DNA from: an uncultured Actinomycetes bacterium
Lineage (GTDB): Bacteria; Actinomycetota; UBA4738; HRBIN12
Direction of reading: 5' to 3'
DNA length: 64,000 nt
Assembly (NCBI GenBank): GCA_963710985.1
Contig: CAVQCI010000003.1
Location: 812,654-876,653, forward strand
Part shown: positions 56,007-64,000 of the stretch, in pieces
Numbering within the stretch: the stretch's first letter is position 1
Layout of the letters: the number at the start of each line of letters is the position of its first letter
Translations under genes and position numbers: made by a program
The notes under the pieces: model-generated
The model's input: the letters and a program-made list of their open reading frames with translations, nothing else
Told to the model about the DNA's origin: nothing
The model's database searches: none

Positions 56007-56912
56007 TCACGCCTCATCGGACGCCTCGACCTCCCCGTCGCCGTAGTGGGCGAGGAACAGCTCCTCGAGCGAGGGCTCGCGGCTCACGAGGTGCCGCACG
56101 CCGGCGCGCGCGAGCACGTCCAGGAGAGGCTCGATCGAGCCCGTCACCTGACAGCGGATCCGGGTGCCGTCGACCTCGCACGCGCTCACACCGGGGACCC
56201 CCGACAGGTCGGGGACCGTGCCGTCGAGCTCCGCCTCGACCGAGAGGGCCGAGAGGTGCCGCATCTCGGCCAGCGTCCCCACTTCCACGAGGTGCCCGGC
56301 CCGCAGGATCGCGATCCGGTCGCAGAGCGCCTCGACCTCCGACAGGATGTGCGAGGACAGGAACACCGTCTGACCGCGCGCGCGGGCCTCGTCGACGCAC
56401 ACGCGGAACGCGCGCTCCATCAGCGGATCCAGGCCGCTCGTGGGCTCGTCCAGGAGCAGCAGGTCGGCCCTGGTCATCAGCCCGGCGATCAGGATCAGCT
56501 TCTGGCGGTTCCCCTTCGAGTAGGCGCGCACCTTCATCGTCGGGTCGAACTCGAACCGCTCGAGCAGCAGGTCGCGGTAGTGAACGTCGACCTGGCCCTG
56601 CACTCGGCCCAGCAGGTGCAGCGTCTCGGCGCCGGTGAGCGAGGGCCACAGGCTGACCTCGCCGGGGACGTAGGCGACCCGCCGATGCGCCTCCACGGGG
56701 TCGGCCTCACAGTCCACGCCGAACAGCTCTGCCCGCCCCGACGTCGGCCGGATCAAGCCCATCAACAGCCGCACCGTGGTCGTCTTCCCGGCGCCGTTGG
56801 GACCGAGGTACCCGATCACCTCGCCCTGCTCCACGTCCAGGCTCAGCGACACGAGCGCTTCGGTCGCGCCGAAGTGCTTCGTGAGGTCTTCGGTGTGGAT
56901 CGCGATCGCCAT
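56007..56912 (-). CDS. ABC transporter ATP-binding protein (ABC-2/DrrA-like)
   Basis: RBS AGGGGG. GPNGAGKTT. YSKGNRQKLILIAGL. LLLDEPTSGLD. Start overlaps the permease region. Confidence 0.9.
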   Translation of the reverse strand: MAIAIHTEDLTKHFGATEALVSLSLDVEQGEVIGYLGPNGAGKTTTVRLLMGLIRPTSGRAELFGVDCEADPVEAHRRVAYVPGEVSLWPSLTGAETLHLLGRVQGQVDVHYRDLLLERFEFDPTMKVRAYSKGNRQKLILIAGLMTRADLLLLDEPTSGLDPLMERAFRVCVDEARARGQTVFLSSHILSEVEALCDRIAILRAGHLVEVGTLAEMRHLSALSVEAELDGTVPDLSGVPGVSACEVDGTRIRCQVTGSIEPLLDVLARAGVRHLVSREPSLEELFLAHYGDGEVEASDEA

Positions 56913-56997
56913 CGACATCCCCCTGCGCGGCATGTCCTGCTTCGATTCTGGCGGTTCCCGCGGGAGGAGTCACAGGCGCGCGCACACCGCGCTGGGA

Positions 56998-58571
56998 TCA
57001 GGCGCTCGGCGCGCCGGGGAGGAACACGCGGAAGGAGGCGCCGCCGCCGGGGCGGTCCTCCACCCAGGCACGGCCCTGGTGCAGCTCGGCGAACCGCGCG
57101 ACGAGCGCCAGCCCCACGCCCGCGCCCGGTGAGTGGCTCGACTGCGACGGTCCCTGGCGGAACGGTTCGAACACGGCCTCGTGCAGCTCGGCGGGCACCC
57201 CCGGTCCGTCGTCCTCCACCACGATCAGCGCCCCGCCGTCCTGCGCTCGAGTGCGGACCCACACGTGCGCGCCTTCGGGCGTGTGGCGCACGGTGTTGGC
57301 GAGCAGGTTCTCGACGATCCGCTCGAGCTTGGATTGGTCGACGGCGATCGAGACCGACGCGACATCGAGGACCACGCTGCGACCCTCGGCGATGTCGGTC
57401 TGCGCCACGAGGTCGCGGACGATCGCGCCGACGTCGGCGACCTGGAGCTTGGGCCCGATGATGCCGCGCGACAGCCGGTCGAGGTCGAGCAGATCGCGGA
57501 CCATCCGATCGAGCTTGCGGGAGTTCGACGGCGATCCGCCCCGCCATGTCGCGCACGTCGTCCTCGCCCAGCGCCATGTCCTGCTGCTCGAGGGTGAGCG
57601 CCAGACCGAGGATCGCGGCGAGCGGCGTGCGGAGGTCGTGCGAGACGGCCTGCAGGAACGTGTTCTTCATCTCGTCGAGCGCTCGGAGCTGCTCGGCGGC
57701 GTCGCGTTCGCGCACGAGCGCGTTGTTGAGCTCCTCCTCCGCGCGCTTCAGCTCGGTGATGTCGATGTAGACGCCCTGCCAGAATTTCGGAGCGCCGTCG
57801 GTGTTGCGGTAGAGCGAGGCCTGCTCGCGAACCCACACGGTCCGGCCGTCGCGGGCGATCATCCGGTACTCGATGCTGAGTGGTGTGCCGTCTTCGAAGC
57901 AGCGCCGCGCGGCCGTCTCCGTCGCCTCGACGTCGTCCGGGTGCGTGACCCGGTCCCACAGGTCGGGGTCGGCGAGCCACTCCTCGGGCCGATAGCCGAG
58001 GAGACGCTCGATCTGGGGGCTGATGTAGGCGGGGCTGAGGTCGGTCTGATCGTCCTCGGGCACTTCGTCGACGTAGGTCACCGCCGGGATCTGCTCGACG
58101 AGCAGGCGGTACTTCTCCTCGGCCTCTCGAAGGTCGGGCCCGCACGGGCCGGTCGGCCGTCACGTCGACGACGACGCCGTGCCACGAGCGAACGCCGGTC
58201 TGCGGGTCCTCGGCGACCGCGGCGTCGTCCAACACCTGCACGATCCGGCCGTCACGCGCGCGCATGCGATAGGCGAGGTGGTAGCGGTCAGCGGGCGCGC
58301 TGGTGCGACGCCAGGCAGCCAGCACGCGCCCGAGGTCGTCGGGGTGGATCCGCGATGCCCACAACCCTGGGTCTTCGAGGAACCCCTCGACGGGGAAGCC
58401 CAGGATCTCCTTCACCTGCGGCCCGATCGACGTGGTCGCGCCCGCTCGGGGAGGGTCGGTGCGCTCGATCTTCCGCACGTACACGATCGCGGGCACGTGG
58501 GCGAACCACGTATCGCGCGCAGCCTCGGGCTGCGCGCGACGGATCACCTCGTGCGGGGACGGAGGGCTCAT
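56998..58571 (-). CDS. Cytoplasmic PAS-PAS sensor histidine kinase; frameshifted twice (~nt 58150 and ~nt 57520)
   Basis: PAS-1 in ORF 57225..58571. PAS-2 + HisKA (LQAVSHDLRTPLAAILG) in ORF 56843..58081. HATPase_c (LLANTVRHTP..DDGPGV..GAGVGLALV) in ORF 56998..57504. Confidence 0.7.
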
Positions 58572-58644
58572 CGGTTCTCTCCGAGGTTATCGACCGACCG
58601 AGCCGCCGATTGACCACAGGCCTTCAGCCGCGCGGAACATGAGC

Positions 58645-59733
58645 TCAGGCGAGCGGGGAGCCCCATGCCGACGTCTTCCAGTTGTCTCGGGCGCCTTCGA
58701 TCGGAAGCAGCGGCGGCAGCGGCATCGCGAGCCGGGCGCTCAACGCCTGCATGTACGGCTCGTACATCGCGCGGAACGTCCGGAAGCGCTCGCCGAGCCG
58801 CTCGTCGAAGGCGACCCCCGCCGTGGAGAGCTGCGCGTGCAGCCCCGACAGCTCCTCGGGCGGCATCCCTCCGCCGTCGGGTTGCGGACGCGCCCCGGTG
58901 ACCTGTGCGAGGTCGACCGCCGCGTGACGGCACATCGCGAAGGTCCGCCGAGCCTGCCATGTGTCGATCCCCTCGACGCCGGCGAGCGCGAGCGCCGAGA
59001 GGTCCAAGATCGCGCTGAGCGCCGACACCCAGGACTCGTTGTCGTGCTGCGACCGGAAGTACGCGAGGATCGGATAGGAGAGGTGGCTCTCGAGCAGATC
59101 CGCGGATCCCTCCTCCCAGTCGGCCAGCAGCCGGTCGATCGAGTCGATCCGGCCGTACGTGGCGGCCCGGCGCAGGAGCTCGACCGCAGAGGGGGGAGAC
59201 CCCGCCCATTCGTCCAGCATCGAGATCCGCACCTCTCGGCGGGAGAACGACTGGTACAGGACCGGCAGGTACCCGATCACCAGGGCGAGGAAGATGAACC
59301 CGGCCCCCGACTCCAGGACCATCACAGCCCGCCCGCCCGCGGACATCGGCGCGACGTCTCCCAGGCCCAGCGTGAAGAAGGTCGTGCCGCTCAGATAGAG
59401 GTACTGGGGGAGGCTCCCCGCCTCACCACCGGGAGCCAGCGGCGATCTGAGCCCCCATTGGAGCAGGCCGAACCCCACGACGAGCCCGGCTGCCCATAGG
59501 GCGATCAGCAGCAGCAGCGACAGCGGTCCGTAGAAGCCGAGGTAGTTCTCGCTGCCGGTCCCGTCGCGCCGGCGCCGGTCCGATCCGGACCACACCGCCC
59601 ACAGGACCTGGAGGAACATGCTCGCCAAGCGCACGCGACGGGAGACCCGTCGGGGCAGGACGATCGTCTCGAACGCGTCCAACAACACGCCGAGGATGAA
59701 GAACAGTCCGAGGAGGATGCCTAACGCTTGCAT
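58645..59733 (-). CDS. Two-TM potassium-channel-like protein (TLGLGD selectivity-filter-like motif) with C-terminal cytoplasmic domain
   Basis: TM1 ALGILLGLFFILGVLL. Pore region YLSGTTFFTLGLGDV. TM2 AGFIFLALVIGYLPVLY. ~200-aa soluble tail. Confidence 0.7.
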   Translation of the reverse strand: MQALGILLGLFFILGVLLDAFETIVLPRRVSRRVRLASMFLQVLWAVWSGSDRRRRDGTGSENYLGFYGPLSLLLLIALWAAGLVVGFGLLQWGLRSPLAPGGEAGSLPQYLYLSGTTFFTLGLGDVAPMSAGGRAVMVLESGAGFIFLALVIGYLPVLYQSFSRREVRISMLDEWAGSPPSAVELLRRAATYGRIDSIDRLLADWEEGSADLLESHLSYPILAYFRSQHDNESWVSALSAILDLSALALAGVEGIDTWQARRTFAMCRHAAVDLAQVTGARPQPDGGGMPPEELSGLHAQLSTAGVAFDERLGERFRTFRAMYEPYMQALSARLAMPLPPLLPIEGARDNWKTSAWGSPLA

Positions 59734-59992
59734 CCGGGTATGGTCACACACCTTCCGATGCACGGGCGCGGAGAGCGCCGGTCACGCGGACGGCGGGCTC
59801 GATCGGGTCCAGGTGCGATAAGGCGGATCCGACGTCGCCGGGGCATCCCAGCGAGGAGAGGACCTTCGCCGCTTCTCCCTTGCCGGTGCCACGTGCACGA
59901 TACAAGCGGAGAGGTGTCCGCCGACCGTAGGCGGTGCCCAGGGCGGCGCCTCCTGGAACCGTCGGGGGATCGACGGGAAGGGGTGAGGGCGA

Positions 59993-62854
59993 TGACACGG
60001 CCCTCGAGGGTTCGCTTCTTGTCGGTGCTCGTAGGCGCGGGGCTCGTAACGGCGTTCCTCGTCCCGCTCGCCGCTGCCGCCGAGACCGGCATCATGCCGT
60101 CACCCACCGAAGCCGTCCGCGGCGCGACCGTGCGCGTGACGGGCTCGGGGTTCGTTGCGGACGAGGCGGTCGACGTGTACTTCGACACGACGGACCTGGC
60201 GCTCGGCGTGGTGGGGTCCGGCGGGCGGTTTCCGGCCGTGGAACTGACGGTGCCCGCGCGCGCACACGTGGGGACCCACTGGATCTCCGCGGTGGGGCGC
60301 CTCTCGCACCGGGCGGTGCGCACCCCCTTCGACGTGGTCCCGTCCTCCTGGGGCAACTGGGCGCAGGGCGGCGCCGATGAGGAGCACACCGGTGTCCAGC
60401 CGTCTGAGGGCGCGCTGAACCGGACGTCGGTGGACGGACTCGGACGGCTCTGGTCCACGGGCGTGGCGGCCGACGGGTCAACGCTCGTGCTCGGCCGCGT
60501 GCTCGTCACGACGGGCTGGGGAGGCGAGGAGGCGGCGTCCGTGTACGCCTTCGACTCGTGGACGGGAACCGACCTCTGGTCGGTGGGCGGGTTCGACGGC
60601 GCGCCGCCGGTCGCCGGGTGGAACGGCCTGCTGATCGTGCAGGCGGGCCGTCAGCTGCGCGCCTACGATCCGGTCTCGGGGACGCTGCGCTGGAGCCACG
60701 CGGTGGGGCCGCCCCGCACCCGATCCTGGGGTGATCTCACGATCGCGGGCGACGTGGCCTACGTCCGCGCCAACGACGAGCGATGGGAGCGGCCGGCGGT
60801 GGTGACCGCGTTCGACCTGCGGACCCAGCGTGAGCTCTGGACCACCGAACCGCTGCTCGGGCCGAAGGACAGCTCCGCGCAGCGTCTGGTCGTGACGGAC
60901 GGCATCGTCGTGATCGCCGTCGACCAGGGCCTCGTCGGTGTGGAGGCGTCCTCCGGCGTGGTGCGATGGACGAGGCCGTGGATGCTCGGCTGGTCCGAGG
61001 GCCTGTCGGCGCGCGACGGAACCGTCTACACGTCATCGTTGTCCCAGCACGCCGTTATCGCGGTGTCGGCGGCTACCGGGGCGACCCGTTGGCTCGCGCC
61101 GCTGACGCCGGGCATGTACACGGCGTCGGCTGCGGCCGACGGTTCCCGCTGCTATCTCTCGGTCGGCCCGGTCGACGAGGCAACGATGCAGTGGAGCTTG
61201 CGCGCGTACGACGCGGGTGCCGGCACGCTCGCCTGGGAGCGCATGGCGGCGCATCAGCTGGGTCCGCCGACGGTCGCGAACGGCCTCCTCTACGCGCTCG
61301 GGGGCCATGAGCTGTTGGTGGTCGATGCCACGACCGGGGCCGTGGTCGCTCGTGACGAGATGGCGGCCGACGTCTGGGACCAACCCGCCGTTGCTAACGC
61401 AACCCTGTACGTGCCGACCTACGACCGGGGTGTCATCGCGATGCGGGTTCCCGGAGCCCCGCGGCCCGAGGTCTCGTCGCTCGAGCCGGACCCTGCCCTG
61501 GTGCCCGGGCCCACCCAGCCGGTCGCGCCGATGACCGAGGGTTGGAGCGAGGGCACGGCCGTCGACGCATCGCTCGGCGCCTCGGTGGCCTCTGCCGTCG
61601 AGTTCGACGACATCCTCTACCTGGGGACCGACGCCGGGACGACCCGCACGGCCTCGATCCTCTCCTCGACCGACGGGATGGCTTTCTCGCCGGCGGCGCG
61701 GTTCCCAGCGGCCTCGACCGTGCGGCTCGCCGTCTTCGACGGTCGGCTCTTCGCGGCCACGACGTCGCCCAACGGGGCCAGTCTGTACGTCTCCACCGAC
61801 GGCACGGCCTATGAGCTGGTGCGCTCGTTCGCTCCGACCCCGATCCTGCAGATGACCCCGATCGCGTGGGATGACCAGCTCGTCGTCGCGGCGGACACGG
61901 GGCAGGGGCCCTCGGTGTGGACGTCGACGGACGGTGAAGCCTTCGCGGAGGCGACGCCGTCGGCGCAAGCACCAGGGACCCGGTTCGTGGTCGATCCGCT
62001 GGACGGCGGAGCTGTGGTCTTCGACGGAGCGCTCTACCTCGGGGCGACCTCGCCGCGCGGCGGAGAGCTCTGGCGCGTTACCGACGGCTCCGCCCTGGAG
62101 CGGGTGGCGCTCCGCGGGCTCGGACGGCCCGCGAACCTGCGTGCTCACGCCGCAGCTGGTGTTCGGCGGCCGGCTCTACGTGGTGGCGAGCGGCTCGGCG
62201 GGGCTCGAGATCTTCCGCACCGCCGACGGGACTGGGTTCACGAGGAGTGTCACGGCCGGTTTCGGTGCGGGACCGGGTCGCAACGTGACCGGGACGCTCG
62301 CCGAGGTCGACGGCCGGCTCGTGCTCGTCAGCTCGAACCGCGATCCGCGACCTCCCGGAGGCCCCGCGCCGATCGAGGTCGCGCGCAGTCGCGGCCTCCA
62401 GGTGCGCACGTCCTCCGACGGCCTCAGCTGGGCGCGCACGGGGGTGCAGACCTTCGCGGACCCGCACGACTGGGCGGGGGCGCTGTTCGCCCCGGGCGGC
62501 TCGCTCTACCTGGCCGGCACGAACCACCGTGACGGCGACGCGGTGTGGAGCAGCGACGACGGGATCGCGTGGACGCAGCTCTTCCGGGAGCCCGAGGCGT
62601 CCCCGGCGAACGTGGGCCCGCGGCTGGTGGTCTTCGACGACCACCTGCTCGTGCTCCACGGCGATGCCGCACAAGGGCTCACCGTCTGGCGGCTCGACGC
62701 GCCGGTCGGGACGGCGCCGGTGACGGCCGGCACCTCCTGGTGGGAGTGGGCGCTGTTCGCGGCGCTCCTGTTCGCGGTCGTGGTGCTGAGCGTGGCGGTC
62801 TTCCGGAGCTCGCGCCGTCGCTGGAGGAACGTGCCGCGCCACGCGCCCGCCTGA
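59993..62854 (+). CDS. Large secreted beta-propeller protein: N-terminal PQQ-like (BamB-type) repeats + BNR/Asp-box-like repeats + C-terminal TM anchor; single frameshift ~nt 62140
   Basis: Signal peptide. PQQ-like motifs (AFDSWTGTDLWS, AYDPVSGTLRWS, AFDLRTQRELWT, AYDAGAGTLAWE). Asp-box-like STDGMAFSP, STDGTAYEL, STDGEAFAE, SSDGLSWAR, SSDDGIAWTQ. TM WWEWALFAALLFAVVVLSVAVF. N-terminus in ORF 59728..62532, C-terminus in ORF 61871..62854. Confidence 0.7.
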
Positions 62855-63035
62855 CGTCGCGACCTGGAGGCCGAAGGACCAACGGTCCTGGCTGCACCGC
62901 TCCGGTGGGCGTCAGACTCGAGGTGCGCGCTCGTCGGAGCGGCCGCCCGCGAGGAGAGGGGGGGTCGCGTCGTGGCACGGCATCGGAGCGTGGACCAGGA
63001 CCGCCGGGGGATGGGTACGGCGGTTCCGTCTCTCA

Positions 63036-64000
63036 TGGAGGAGGACACGTGGCCGAAGCGTCATCCTCCGCGACCTTCGCTCGCGGTGCGGTGGGGAACC
63101 TGGATGGCCCGGCACCGGTGGTGGGTGCTGGGGGTCTGGGCCGTGCTGGTGGTCGGGGCCGGGTTGGCGTATCCGCACCTGCTGCGGAGCCTGTCCGCGT
63201 CCGACTACAGCGTGACGGGTTCCGACTCCGCCGAGGTCGCCAAGCTGATCGGGTCGGACTTCACCGCCGCGGGCAACGAGCAGGACGTGATCGTCTTCGA
63301 CTCGGACACGCTGACGATCGCCGATGCCGGCTACCGGCAGGTCGTCGACGATGTGCTGGCGGCCGTGCGGGGCCAGCAGGGGGTCGTCACCGTGCTGGGT
63401 CCGACCGAGCCGGGGGCGGTGGGCCAGGTTTCCGAGGACGGGCATGCGGCCCTGGCGACCGTGGGGCTGTCCGGGGACGACAGGGAGCGGGCCGAGCGGG
63501 CCTCGGACCTGCAGGACGTGGTCCTCGGTGCCGCCGGCACCGGCGCGGTGCAGGCGTACCTGACGGGCTACTCGCCCGCGGCCAACGATCTGACCGAGGT
63601 GGAGAACAAGGACGTCGAGCGGGCCGAGTCGATCGGGATCCCCGTCGCCTTCATCGTGCTTCTGATCGCGATGGGCGCCGTGGTCGCGGCGTGCATCCCG
63701 CTCGCGATGGCGCTGATCAGCCTCACCTTCACGATGGGGGTGCTGTCCGCGTTGATCATCGTTCGGCCGATCGACGCGTTCCTGCTCTCGATCGTCACGA
63801 TGATCGGGGTCGGGATCGCGATCGACTACTCGCTGTTCATCCTGAGCAGGTTCCGCGAGGAGCTCGCCCGCGCCCGCGACCAGGGCCGGCCCGACCCGGT
63901 GCCGACCGCCGTGGGCGTCGCGATGAAGACGAGCGGCAAGACGATCGTCTTCTCCGGCACGATCGTCATGATCTCGTTGTTCTCGCTGTTCGTGGTCGAC
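63036..64000 (+). CDS. MMPL-family (RND superfamily) membrane transporter, 3'-partial (runs off window)
   Basis: WWVLGVWAVLVVGAGLAYPHL..SDSAEVAKLIGSDF..IGIPVAFIVLLIAMGAVVAACIPLAMALISLTFTMGVLS..DYSLFILSRFREEL. Not in the ORF track because no stop lies within the window. Confidence 0.85.

Noticed and set aside
1-64000. Looked for CRISPR arrays, IS elements/transposases, integrases, tRNA or rRNA genes, and toxin-antitoxin or known defence cassettes
   Set aside because: No regularly spaced repeats, no DDE/tyrosine-recombinase motifs, no cloverleaf-like low-GC islands. Nothing resembling known defence system components was found by eye.

Overview
High-GC (~70%) chromosomal segment, apparently from an actinobacterium. 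It is densely coding on both strands, with many 4-nt start/stop overlaps that indicate operons. No rRNA, tRNA, CRISPR array, transposase or integrase was recognised. Main blocks: (1) 0-1.7 kb stress module: a 5'-truncated STAS-domain protein, an ECF41/SigJ-type sigma factor and a CsbD gene with a SigB/F-like promoter. (2) 3.7-9.8 kb co-directional lipid-remodelling operon: PAP2 phosphatases, DAG-kinase-like lipid kinase, YihY, PLD/cardiolipin synthase, AI-2E transporter. (3) 9.8-11.2 kb iron module: two tandem low-affinity iron-permease-like genes plus dps. (4) Secreted phosphoesterases and an HNH-domain lipoprotein. (5) A ThiS/MoaD-like gene with a C-terminal extension directly downstream of an FmdA/AmdA-family amidase, next to a stand-alone LigD polymerase-domain gene. 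(6) aa3-type cytochrome oxidase locus: cupredoxin-ctaC-ctaD-ctaE-ctaF, then ctaG and a two-component system. CtaC carries a fused C-terminal type-1-copper cupredoxin domain instead of a cytochrome c domain. (7) beta-helix lipoprotein, GNAT, GcvT-like aminomethyltransferase, mgsA, a WNGT/WAVG tandem-repeat secreted protein, class III adenylate cyclase, PBP4/DacB. (8) MFS exporter, MarR, a two-domain blue-copper protein and a second OmpR-type two-component system. (9) Five-gene Opp/Dpp peptide ABC operon. (10) F420/LLM oxidoreductase, methyltransferase, Crp/Fnr regulator. (11) ABC-2 exporter, PAS histidine kinase, K+-channel-like protein, large PQQ/BNR beta-propeller protein and the start of an MMPL transporter. 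Conserved genes at 0-10 kb and 51-62 kb are repeatedly broken by single-base frameshifts (nine genes), while 10-51 kb has none. This means either uncorrected assembly indels or clustered pseudogenisation.
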